Source: Eledone cirrhosa (lineage: Eukaryota). From it: a stretch of DNA of 64,000 nt. The DNA lies in the NCBI GenBank assembly GCA_964016885.1, contig OZ024757.1:2294001-2358000 (forward strand), given 5' to 3'. Shown here in pieces: positions 17,901 to 29,500 of the stretch. Position 1 is the stretch's first letter; every line of letters starts with the position of its first letter. Below the pieces are notes generated by a model that had not been told where the DNA came from, made no database searches, and was given only the letters and a program-made list of their open reading frames with translations. The position numbers and the translations under genes were made by a program.

Positions 17901-18188
17901 TCAACAAACGTCGCTTGTTGGCGTAATTGTTTCGCTGTGAAGTGATTTAGCTCTGGGTGCATTTCGTCCCAGTGTAGCTTCATTCTGTTCATATAGCCAA
18001 TGGAGGGATTGTTTTTTTGCTATTTTATAACAATTAAATAAATCATTATTAAGTTCGCAACTGCAAGATAAATGCGATTTATAGTTTCGGTTTCTTCTGT
18101 AGCTAAAACTAAATAAAGTCTGTTTACCTTTCTTGTTGTTTGTCTTCGATACTTCCTTAATTTTGTTTTTGATGTTGTGTTCAGCCAT
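14991..18188 (-). mobile_element. Near-full-length decayed RLE-type non-LTR retrotransposon, R4/Dong-like
   Basis: RT motifs NYRPIACQNLMYKIYT, WLNYRKAFDSVPHSW, RGIFQGDSLS and FVDDLKLY (~16537-16562). Zn-knuckle CRLC...H...C, then RHD. RLE-like HNRADIMIWDKEKKVCTVVEISYP. Many frameshifts and stops. Confidence 0.88.
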
Positions 18189-18571
18189 GCTGTTTGTAGC
18201 GAATCCTTGTAAAATAAATTATGTAATTAGTCGGATATCTCAACGAATTCGAATAAAAGGTGTCTTCAGAAGATATAGTTAGAAGAATAACCAGTTATTC
18301 AACATGACTGTAGTTGTGGCATTACTGTCGGAGATAGTATTCATCTTAAATTTAATAAATAGTCTCCCACGCCAAAATATGCGACTGATCGCGTTGACTG
18401 ACTGACACATGTATGTGTGTGTGTATGTATGTATGTGGGTGTGTATGTATGCATATATGTGTGAGTGTGTGTCTGTGTGTATATATATGTATGTGGGTGT
18501 GTATGTGCGTACGTGTGTGTGTATGTATGTGTGTTTATGCGTGTGTGTATGTATGTATGTATGCGTGTGTG

Positions 18572-18611
<40 letters not shown>

Positions 18612-18633
18612 TGTGTGTTTCAGCATCCGGTAA

Positions 18634-20122
18634 TGTCTGTCGGAAAGGTGCGAAACGTGTCCTCCGCTGTTCGTTGTTTTGATTATCTGAGGTATTCAGC
18701 AGAGCGCGCGTGCGCGTGAAACAGGGTCGGTCAGGCAGAGGTCAGCGGCCGAAGTAGTTCTTTCAATTGTGGGAGTGGGGTGGCTCTCTACACCTCGGTC
18801 CCGGTACTCCCGGCCGTCAATATACTGATGGAACGCGTCTAATCCACCGACCTACACTGCTTCGGGCTCACCACCACTGACATCCACCAACTCCTATCCA
18901 TCGTCGTCGACAACACCTATTTCGGATTCCCTGACCAAACATACCAACGAACCTCGGGATTGCCCATGGGATCAAGCCTGTCGGGTGTGCTAGCGATCTC
19001 TTACATGGACAGCCTCGAGCGCAAGGCACTCCACGCCTACCCCCCCCCCCCCCAACGCCGTCGCCTTTTTCTCAAGGTACGTGGACGATATCCTCATTCT
19101 CACATCTTCCCAAGACATGGCGAACAGAATCTATGAGACGTTGAACAACACGGACGAGAACATTGACTTCAGTGTTGAACACCCCAACGACTTCCGAATC
19201 AACATCACGGAACAGGGAGGGATCCACTGAAACTTCTACTGAAAGGCAGCCTGCAGGGACCTGTTCGTCCACTACAAGTCCGCTCTCCCTAACAGTGCCA
19301 AAAGAGGATACGAACGAGATCGCGCGAATCAAAAACAGATGCAGCGATCCCGCGAGTGGTGGCACTCATACCAAGCGATTCCTCGAGGTGCTGGAGACGA
19401 ACGGGTACCCTACCTCGCTCATAGACAGAGTAGGAGACACCAGACACAAGAGACAGAGAGGCACCCAAGGCAAGTGCTTCCTTAAAATGCCACACCTGGG
19501 CGAGAATACCACCAACGCTATCCGCAAGGCTAGGAGGGAGGGCCTCGACATCCACCTGGCCCACTCGGGCCCCTCCCTGCGAAGATGCCTTTCCAGGAAA
19601 CCCGGGAAATCAACTGACGTGTGCTCCCTCAGAGACTGCTCGATGCGCCATGCGAACTGTTGCCTACGCACATACGTCGTGTATCAGATAGAATGTAACA
19701 AGTGCAACCAATACTATATAGGTAGCACAATCCGGCCGTTGCACATCCGGATCAAGGAACACACTAAAACCAGGGCCTCGTCTTTCCGGAAACACATAGC
19801 CAAATGCGGAAACAAAGACGGAAGGTCCATTGTCACAATTCTAGCGACAGAAAGAAACGTCGGCACGTTACGTATGAAGGAAGCACTTTGGATCAAACGC
19901 CTAGGGCCACAATTAAACAACCGATCCGAGAGAAGTGAAATGAGGTGGTTGGTTTAAGTTAACAAACGATGCAGCAACACACGCACACACACACACAAGC
20001 AAGACAGCAACATACGCACACACACACAGTAGCATTCCACCATACGAACATACTACACTGCCAATACAGAGGAACAAGGCAACAACACACCCACACACAC
20101 ACACACACTCAAGCGAGACAAC

Positions 20123-20176
<54 letters not shown>

Positions 20177-20365
20177 CATTCACCAATCAGGCAGAGAATG
20201 GACTGACAGCTAGCGCCACTCCACTCCCACAATTGAAAGAACTACTTCGGCCGCTGACCTCTGCCTGACCGACCCCATTTCACGCGCACGCGCGCTCTGC
20301 TGAATACCTCAGATTTTCAAAACAACGAACAGCGGAGGACACGTTTCGCACCTTTCCGACAGACA
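18634..20365 (+). mobile_element. 5'-truncated Penelope-like element with an inverted pLTR copy at its 5' end
   Basis: RT remnant from 18780: VALYTSVP...GLPMGSSLSGVLA...YVDDIL. A GIY-YIG domain follows. 18634-18784 is the reverse complement of 20215-20365. Confidence 0.9.
18780..19957 (+). pseudogene. Penelope RT + GIY-YIG endonuclease pseudogene
   Basis: The C-terminal part of ORF 19163..19957 reads VVYQIECNKCNQYYIGSTIRPLHIRIKEH...EALWIKRLGPQLN. The upstream RT has a stop and frameshifts. Confidence 0.88.
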
Positions 20366-20681
20366 ACCTCCCCCCCCCCGGAAAAAACCCCAGTTGATGG
20401 ATGTGAATCCGAAATATATAGGGACAATTAAATCTCTCCCAAGGTAACTCTTTCTCGTGTTGTTATTTTTATTTTTGTCCTTTACACTCTTTCCTTCATT
20501 CCTCTACACGTTACAGTCTTATACACGCCACGCATTTCAACGTACACCCACTTACATCTCTCTCTCCACCACCGGATCTTGTTACCCGTAGATTTACCCA
20601 TCTGCATTGTCGAGGCTTCCAAACGACTTAAAGAAATTTACCTTATTATTCCACAATGCTTCAAGCAAACTTCAATACTCT

Positions 20682-20735
<54 letters not shown>

Positions 20736-20740
20736 GAAAG

Positions 20741-20914
20741 TGAACAACACAAAATATAACTACTCCATTACCAAAGGTTTCTGGATCATAGACAATAACA
20801 ATATACATCTGGATCGTTCGTCAGATAGGGATGTTATCTAACATTAGAGATAACATCTCTGTCTGACAAACGATCCACCTTTGGTAATGGAGTAGTTATA
20901 TTTTGTGCTGTTCA
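20741..20914. repeat. Imperfect fold-back palindrome between (TA)n and (CA)n tracts
   Basis: Outer arms: tgaacaacacaaaatataactactccattaccaaaggt / acctttggtaatggagtagttatattttgtgctgttca. Inner arms: tggatcgttcgtcagatagggatgttatct / agataacatctctgtctgacaaacgatcca. Confidence 0.85.
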
Positions 20915-20975
20915 ATTTCCAATTAAATAGCTCTGTTCTATACATAGAGCACTCTTTTTTTCCTTTGGAATTACC

Positions 20976-21059
<84 letters not shown>

Positions 21060-21068
21060 GAAAAAAGT

Positions 21069-21190
21069 CAGGACCACGACGGCTGAGCTCTGGCCGCTTC
21101 TACAGCTAGATCCAAACTGTACTACCTTAAGTATTGAGTACTCTGGTGCGTTATGGTCCACCTGGTTCCTTACCACACCCTCTTTGTTAT
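21069..21190 (-). mobile_element. Family A copy, reverse orientation, without fold-back
   Basis: gtattgagtactctggtgcgttatggtccacctggttccttaccac is the reverse complement of the family A core. Confidence 0.7.
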
Positions 21191-21328
21191 ATATATATAT
21201 GTGTGTGTGTCTGTATGTATATGTGTGAGTATGTGTGGGGAGGATGTGGTGGGGGTTATATACCTTTATTTACATTCATACCACTTATCAACCGGTGCTG
21301 TTCAGTAACGAAGTTGTTAAAAAAATAG

Positions 21329-21450
21329 AGATCGATAAAATTACTAGTAGATACAAAAAAGAATGAAGTACTGAAGTTGATTTGTTCGATTAAGGTGGTG
21401 CCCCAGCATGGCCGCAGTCCTATGACAGCAACCAATAAAACAATAAAGAA
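21329..21450 (+). mobile_element. SINE 3' fragment
   Basis: gatcgataaaattactag...aagtactg...ggtgccccagcatggccgcagtc...aataaaacaataaa. It is related to the SINE body at 24137-24630. Confidence 0.55.
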
Positions 21451-21585
21451 ATCGCGACAATTATTTGACGTAATCAGTCACGTGAGACAGAGTTTTGGGG
21501 TCTGGTTTTTTTTCCTCCATTTCTCTGAGAATGATTGAAAAGGTTATGAAACCATGGAAACCAAGCTTTAGATACCCCACCCCTG

Positions 21586-21835
21586 TCACCCCCCTCCGCC
21601 ATATACACCCTCCTCACCCCTGTACACTACTCCCCTATCTCTCTCCCCGATACACCCCCTCCGCCATATAACCCCCTCCCCCGTACACCTCCTCCGCCCA
21701 TCCATCTCTCTCCACCTACACCCCCTCCGCCATACAACCCCCTCCCCCGTACACCTCCTCTGCCCACCCATCTCTCTCCACTTACAACTCCTCCGCCATA
21801 TAACCCCCTCCACCTACACCCCCTCCGCCATATCT
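21586..21835. repeat. C-rich minisatellite (ccccctccgccatata...)
   Basis: ctccgccata recurs about 5 times, and there are internal ~67-bp repeats. Confidence 0.75.
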
Positions 21836-21959
21836 CACAATATCCAATTCTTGAATCATCTCTCACTTTACTAAAACGGAACTAGGTCAATGATGAAATC
21901 TTACTTCACCCATTACAATAAATAAATAGTCATTATATATATACATATACATACATATA

Positions 21960-21990
<31 letters not shown>

Positions 21991-21996
<6 letters not shown>

Positions 21997-22090
21997 GTCC
22001 CCCAAAACTGTATACACACTTCAATAGATTTCTAATAACTATTGTCTGTACAGGTAATCAAAGTATGTATACATTTTTTGAGACACCCTG
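21991..22090. mobile_element. Tc1/mariner-type MITE (~100 bp)
   Basis: Terminal inverted repeats agggtgtcccccaaaactgtataca / tgtatacattttttgagacaccct(g), inserted next to TA. Confidence 0.7.
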
Positions 22091-22104
22091 TGTGTGCCTG
22101 TGTG

Positions 22105-22180
<76 letters not shown>

Positions 22181-22182
<2 letters not shown>

Positions 22183-23072
22183 ATATAATTTAGAGTTTTC
22201 ACTCAGGAGTCAAATACAATTATTTAGCTCTAAGAAATATTTCTGAGCAGTACAATACAAGTTAATATAAAAAAATATGATCAACACTAATGTGTTTTTA
22301 TTGCAAATTGACAATAATTTAGCCAGATAGAAATACCTTAATTCAAATACATATAGTCTGCCAGTATCGATCTAAAAAATAATAAATCTATACTCACCGA
22401 CGTATATCGGCAACTGCCCTGGTGCCTATACAAGTTTAAATTCCCAAATTCAAACCTTTTCAGCAGATCAGTCCGAACTTCAAAAAATAAACCTGTTTCA
22501 CAAAGGATGGTATACTATTGAAATAATTAATTAATTGTGGAATAACTATTTATGAAATAATTATTAGTGAAATAATCAATTTTCTGTGATTCTCAATAGG
22601 CACCCAGAAAAATTAGAGTTACTTCACCTAAGAGAAATATCTAAGGACTGGTTTGTCGTATGCCAAATACATGTGCTTTTGCACACGATTTTTCCCCAGC
22701 AATCTGGCTCATACTCATGGCGCTAGAAATAACAGCCGTTTATATGGGATTACGAATTCAGCTCGACCGAAGGAGCAGATATAATATAATTTAGAGTTTT
22801 CACTCAGGAGTCAAATACAATTATTTAGCTCTAAGAAATATTTCTGAGCAGTACAATACAAGTTAATATAAAAAAATATGATCAACACTAATGTGTTTTT
22901 ATTGCTAATTGACAATAATTTAGCCAGATAGAAATACCTTAATTCAAATACATATAGTCTGCCTGTATCGATCTAAAAAATAATAAATCTATACTCACAG
23001 ACGTATATCGGCAATTATTGTCAATTTGCAATAAAAACACATCAGTGTTGATCATATTTTTTTATATTAACT

Positions 23073-23075
<3 letters not shown>
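22181..23075. repeat. 1.4 copies of a 601-bp unit plus an inverted terminal segment, flanked by (TA)n on both sides
   Basis: 22181-22413 is repeated at 22782-23014. 23013-23075 is the reverse complement of ~22256-22319. Confidence 0.85.
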
Positions 23076-23130
<55 letters not shown>

Positions 23131-23134
<4 letters not shown>

Positions 23135-23170
23135 AAGTCCCCGACTTACGAACTTCCGCAGATACGAACA
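23131..23170 (+). mobile_element. Possible pogo/Tigger-like TIR end
   Basis: TA|caataagtccccgacttacgaac resembles CAG-type pogo termini. No partner end is seen. Confidence 0.3.
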
Positions 23171-23607
23171 GTCTCACGAAGAAAAAAAATTGTCTGAGTT
23201 TGAAATCCGCGTTTTTGTGGCCTTTTCTGGTCTAGGTCCCTTCTTTGGCACCATAAAAAAACAAGCTGAAATCATACCTACAGGGCCGCAACTCTTTGCT
23301 GCAAAGCATGGCGTCCGACCCTCTGCCGATACTGCCAATCCATCGCCTGTGTATATATGATAATATGAAACAGTCGGGACTCCGACTGCTGAGCTCTTGC
23401 CGTTTTAACAGCTTGTTCCGGACTGAATCTGCAAATGGTAAAGAAAATTGAAGGGAGGTAATTTGGTGGTTAAAATAGTCTGTTGGAGTGTTTATACAGA
23501 AAACAAAGAAGGGAAATATTAATGAGTTTGTAGTGGATGTAAAATATTGGTGGTCATTGAGTGAGATCCATGGTGTTAGGGGTGTTTTAATCTAGCAAAG
23601 GAGTTTT

Positions 23608-24030
23608 TCAGTTTTTTATCATAAATTTGAGGACGTGAGGGCAGAGTTTGAAGAAATATATTCTGGTGTTGAGACAGTTGTGGGAGTTGTGTAGCTCTTT
23701 TAGAATGTTCCATTTTCCCACCGTACACAATTGACACGTCCTCGGGCCATTTGAATAGGTTTGGGATCTTTCAAGAACCTTCCATTTGATGGAAAGATTA
23801 ATGCCACTGTCTTTAAATGTCCACACGTAACTTGCGAGTTTTGGGCTCGATCTTTATCCTGGATATTTGAAGGTTATCACGCGGTTTAAGAAGCCGTTTT
23901 AAATCGGCCTTCCGGCATTCCCACGTAGATTCTGGCCTGTTGTTGGTTTGACTAGGCCGAGATGACCCCAACCTCATCACGGATACCACCTTACAAGCTT
24001 GGTATAGACGCGTGCCTCTGGTCTTCTGCG
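23608..24030 (-). pseudogene. Degenerate Penelope-like GIY-YIG C-terminal fragment (a second PLE lineage)
   Basis: LYQA ... RIYVGMPEGRFKT ... WTFKDSGINLSIKWKVLERSQTYSNGPRTCQLC...LNTR...CPH, read across frameshifts. Confidence 0.65.
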
Positions 24031-24112
24031 TGGGCAACCTCACGTGTGGCAACTCATGGGTTTGTTGGTGATATAAGTTCTAGCGTTTCTGGAATTTCCG
24101 ATTCTAATGGTA

Positions 24113-24640
24113 TATCTGTTAATAATTGTTTCTACTTTTGGCACAAGACCAGCAATTACCCAGTACATTACTGGTACTTTATTTTATCGACCCCGTAAGG
24201 ATGAAAGGCAAAGTTAACCTCGGTGGGATTTGAACTCAGACCGTAAAGGGACGTAACTATGCTGGGAAGCATGGTGTCCGACTCTCTACCGATACTGCCA
24301 ATCCACCGCCGTATATCTGTTAATAATTGTTTCTACTTTAGGCACAAGGCCAGCAATTATCCAGTACATTACTGGTACTTTATTTTATCGACCCCGTATG
24401 GATGAAAGGCAAACTTAACCTCGGCGGTTAATATCTGTTAATAATTGTTTCTACTTTAGGCACAAGGCCAGCAATTACCCAGTGCATTACTGGTACTTTA
24501 TTTTATCGACCCCGTAAGGATGAAAGGCAAAGTTAACCTCGGCGGGATTTGAACTCAGATCGTAAAGGGACGTAGCTATGCTGGAAAGCATGGCGTCCGA
24601 CCCTCTACCGATACTGCCAATCCACCGCCCTATCTGTTAA
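24113..24640 (-). mobile_element. Three tandem copies (the middle one truncated) of a tRNA-derived SINE 5' part
   Basis: Minus-strand A-box-like tggcagtatcggtagag and B-box gagttcaaatccc. The body tactggtactttattttatcgaccccgtaaggatgaaaggc is repeated 3 times, each copy preceded by atatctgttaataattgtttctactt. Confidence 0.8.
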
Positions 24641-24754
24641 TAATGTCAGTATTTGTGGCTTAGAGTGAAATGTTTATCTATAACAGCTAAGAATCTCTTT
24701 TCTATATTAGTCTATTTCTCTTATCTCTAGTTCTAGTGGAAATGATGGACACTA

Positions 24755-25272
24755 GCTCTAGTGGTAAGGAGTTGAACTTACGATCATAATGTCGTAGGTT
24801 CCATTCCTGGACTGGGTTGTGTATTGTGTTCTTGAGCGAAACACTTCATTTCACGTTGCTCCAGTATACTCAGTTGAAAATGTGTACCAACAATAGCTGA
24901 CAATGGCTGATTCAGTTTGGCACCAGTAACGGCACAACTCATTTCTACAGCTGAGTAAACTGGAGCAACGTGAAACAAAGTGTCTTGCTCAAGGACACAA
25001 CACATATTCATGGTTTTGTGAAAGACCAGCAGTATACCAGTCTCTACTCCCCACTGATGAACGGTACAGCCTGGCACCAGAAGCATTACAACTCATTTAT
25101 ACGCCATATATACACCGTGTACAATATATACACACTATATGACCGATGCAGTTTGGCACCAGCTGAGTGAAATAAAGTGTCTTGCTCAAGGACACAAAAC
25201 ATTACCCGGTCTTAGAATTGAACTCACAACTCCCCGATTACATGCCCAACGCTCTAACCACTCAACCATGCA
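24755..25272. mobile_element. Cluster of a second tRNA-SINE family: + copy 24755-24885, - copies ~24940-25003 and ~25160-25272
   Basis: tRNA-like head gctctagtggtaaggag...ggttccattcc, then gtgttcttgagcgaaacactt...gttgctccagtatactcag. Reverse complements (aagtgtcttgctcaaggacac) occur twice downstream. Confidence 0.75.
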
Positions 25273-25614
25273 CATCCACTAATATTTTGCTATAAATAAA
25301 TATAGATAAGTATATAAGACGGGTTAATTATAGAGGCTGGCGTCTCGGTGTAATTAGCTTCAGTGATTTCATTAATTTATTTATGTTTCTATAAAACATA
25401 TGTTGGCCACAGTCTTCGACATCTAACGTCTGGGAGGAACAAGATGGCGGCGACTTTGACTTGGTTGAGGTGGGAAGTAACCACGTGGAAGACTGAGCCT
25501 GAGTCACGTGTCACACTGATGAATGACGAGGAGGGGGAGGAGGGTGGTGGTGGAGGTCAGTCAAGTACAGAAGCTTTCTAAACACAACAGACTATCGCTT
25601 CTTTTGTTGCTTCT

Positions 25615-25748
25615 ACACACATATACACTTACACACACATATACACATGCATTCACACACACACATATATGTGTATATATACATATTAACACACATACAC
25701 ACACACACACACATATGTGTATATATACATGTATACACACACACACAC

Positions 25749-25785
<37 letters not shown>

Positions 25786-25895
25786 TATATAAATGTACAC
25801 CCACACACGCACACACACATGTATATACACACATATATATACATATATATATATATATACACATATATATATATATACACACATATACAGTATAT
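25615..25895. repeat. (CA)/(TA) compound microsatellite
   Basis: Direct inspection. Confidence 0.9.
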
Positions 25896-26001
25896 ATTCT
25901 AGTCAAACATTATATATAACCTGGTTAAACTTCAGGTGAACATGAAGCGGGCCAGGTTTCAAGTCGAGGTAAACAGAAACAAGAACAACACACCTGAGTT
26001 T

Positions 26002-26410
26002 GGACGCTACCGGTGGCATTATAAACAGGTGTTCAAAGTGATAGGTCAACATATAGTCAGGTGTTAAATATGAGAGGTCAACATACAGTCATCTTAACTC
26101 ATCACTGGCCTTGGAGTCTCCTCCCTCTACGACTCCAATGTTTGGTCAAGGGAAAATACAAAGTCGGACACAGCTTGACACGAAGAAGGCGAAAGAAAGT
26201 GTCTCGTTGAAGGAGAGAAGACAACGGCCAGGCCAGAACTCTGGACCTTACGATGGAGAGAAACTCTGTCAACTTCAAATAAGGACAAACCTCCTGTACA
26301 CATCACCTGACTAACACTCTACCAACATCGCTCCAACAACAGACCATGCTGGAGCTTACAGTGTCACTGGAAGAAGGCATAATGAGAGGAAATAATAAGG
26401 TAACAAGGCA
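26002..26410 (+). pseudogene. Highly decayed RLE-endonuclease fragment of a HERO/NeSL-like LINE
   Basis: GRYRWHYKQVFKVI resembles GRYxWRHDQVL. ...SPD... and MLELTVSLEEGI resemble ELTVPWEE. Confidence 0.55.
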
Positions 26411-26592
26411 GAGACTGAAAGGTACACTGTGAGTAGGATCAGATTAAGACCTTTAGATGGTCAAACCACTGAAAAGGTTTGTAGGGCCCTGGCTCTGCTG
26501 TAGCATTGTAAATCCAGTACGAGTAAGAAAAATCTCTATTAGTCCCTTCTTTCACCGAGGCCCGTAGCACCTGCATATTTTGCTTAAGCAAA

Positions 26593-29500
26593 GAGTCACT
26601 CCAGGTAGAGCCGCTACTTCTCTGAATTGACAGATCACAGCTCTGATGCTATAGACATGTGGTTAGAATGTCTCAGGAAAGAATCACTGGTGAGTCACTC
26701 CAGGTAGAGCTGCTACTTCTCTGAATTGACAGATCACAGCTCTGATGCTATAGACATGTGGTTAGAATGTCTCAGGAAAGAATCACTGGTGAGTCACTCC
26801 AGGTAGAGCTGCTACTTCTCTGAATTGACAGATCACAGCTCTGATCCTATGGACATGTGGTTAGAATGTCTCAGGAAAGAATCACTGGAGAGTCACTCCA
26901 GGTAGAGCTGTTACTTCTCAGAATTGACAGATCACAGCTCTGATACTATGGACATGTGGTTAGAATGTCTCAGGTAAGAATCACTGGAGAGTCACTCCAG
27001 GTAGAGCTGCTACATCTCTGAATTGACAGATCACAGCTCTGATGCTCTGGACATGTGGTTAGAATGTCACAGGAAAGAATCACCGGAGAGACACTCCAGG
27101 TAGAGCTGCTACTTCTCTGAATTGACAGATCACAGCTCTGATGCTATGGACATGTGGTTAGAATGTCTCAGGAAAGAATCACTGGAGAGTCACTCCAGGT
27201 AGAGCTCCAACTTCTCTGAATTGACAGATCACAGCTCTGATACTATGGACATGTGGTTAGAATGTTCCAGGAAAGAATCACTGGAGAGTCACTCCAGGTA
27301 GAGCTGTTACTTCTCTGAATTGACAGATCACAGCTCTGATACTATGGACATGTGGTTAGAATGTCTCAGGTAAGAATCACTGAAGTTTCACTCCAGGTAG
27401 AGCTACTACTTCTCTGAATTGACAGATCACAGCTCTGATACTATGGACATGTGGTTAGAATTTGTCAGGAAAGAATCACTGGAGAGTCACTCCAGGTAGA
27501 GCTGTTACTTCTCTGAATTGACAGATCGCAGCTCTGATACTATGGACATGTGGTTAGAATGTCTCAGGTAAGAATCACTGGAGAGTCACTCCAGGTAGAG
27601 CTGTTACTTCTCAGAATTGACAGATCACAGCTCTGATACTATGGACATGTGGTTAGAATGTCTCAGGAAAGAATGACTGGAGAGTCACTCCAGGTAGAGC
27701 TGTTACTTCTCTGAATTGACAGATCACAGCTCTGATACTATCGACATGTGGTTAGAATGTCTCAGGAAAGAATGACTGGAGAGTCACTCCAGGTAGAGCT
27801 GCTACTTCTCTGAATTGACAGATCACAGCTCTGATCCTATGGACATGTGGTTAGAATGTCTCAGGAAAGAATCACTGGAGAGTCACTCCAGGTAGAGCTG
27901 TTACTTCTCTGAATTGACAGATCGCAGCTCTGATACTATGGACATGTGGTTAGAATGTCTCAGGTAAGAATCACTGGAGAGTCACTCCAGGTAGAGCTGT
28001 TACTTCTCTGAATTGACAGATCACAGCTCTGATACTATGGACATGTGGTTAGAATGTCTCAGGAAAGAATGACTGGAGAGTCACTCCAGGTAGAGCTGCT
28101 ACTTCTCTGAATTGACAGATCACAGCTCTGATCCTATGGACATGTGGTTAGAATGTCTCAGGAAAGAATGACTGGAGAGTCACTCCAGGTAGAGCTGCTA
28201 CTTCTCTGAATTGACAGATCACAGCTCTGATCCTATGGACATGTGGTTAGAATGTCTCAGGAAAGAATCACTGGAGAGTCACTCCAGGTAGAGCTGTTAC
28301 TTCTCTGAATTGAGAGATCGCAGCTCTGATACTATGGATATGTGGTTAGAATGTCTCAGGTAAGAATCACTGGAGAGTCACTCCAGGTAGAGCTGTTACT
28401 TCTCTGAATTGACAGATCGCAGCTCTGATACTATGGACATGTGGTTAGAATGTCTCAGGTAAGAATCACTGGTGAGTCACTCCAGGTAGAGCTGTTACTT
28501 CTCTGAATTGACAGATCGCAGCTCTGATACTATGGACATGTGGTTAGAATGTCTCAGGTAAGAATCACTGGTGAGTCACTCCAGGTAGAGCTGTTACTTC
28601 TCTGAATTGACAGATCGCAGCTCTGATACTATGGACATGTGGTTAGAATGTCTCAGGTAAGAATCACTGGAGAGTCACTCCAGGTAGAGCTGTTACTTCT
28701 CTGAATTGAGAGATCACAGCTCTGATACTATGGACATGTGGTTAGAATGTCTCAGGAAAGAATAACTGGAGAGTCACTCCAGGTAGAGCTGTTACTTCTC
28801 TGAATTGACAGATCACAGCTCTGATACTATGGACATGTGGTTAGAATGTCTCAGGTAAGAATCACTGAAGTCTCACTCCAGGTAGAGCTGCTACTTCTCT
28901 GAATTGACAGATCACAGCTCTGATACTATGGACATGTGGTTAGAATTTGTCAGGAAAGAATCACTGGAGAGTCACTCCAGGTAGAGCTGTTACTTCTCTG
29001 AATTGAGAGATCACAGCTCTGATACTATGGACATGTGGTTAGAATGTCTCAGGTAAGAATCACTGGAGAGTCACTCCAGGTAGAGCTGTTACTTCTCTGA
29101 ATTGACAGATCACAGCTCTGATACTATGGACATGTGGTTAGAATGTCTCAGGTAAGAATCACTGAAGTCTCACTCCAGGTAGAGCTGCTACTTCTCTGAA
29201 TTGACAGATCACAGCTCTGATACTATGGACATGTGGTTAGAATTTGTCAGGAAAGAATCACTGGAGAGTCACTCCAGGTAGAGCTGTTACTTCTCTGAAT
29301 TGACAGATCGCAGCTCTGATACTATGGACATGTGGTTACAATGTCTCAGGTAAGAATCACTGGAGAGTCACTCCAGGTAGAGCTGTTACTTCTCAGAATT
29401 GACAGATCACAGCTCTGATACTATGGACATGTGGTTAGAATGTCTCAGGAAAGAATGACTGGAGAGTCACTCCAGGTAGAGCTGTTACTTCTCTGAATTG

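Noticed and set aside
18634-18670. HHR in the Penelope inverted repeat (gcgaaacgtgtc)
   Set aside because: Only the GAAAC..GTC half is present. There is no CTGANGA or helix II partner.
24113-25272. tRNA genes
   Set aside because: The A/B boxes belong to SINE heads. No cloverleaf is evident and SINE bodies follow.
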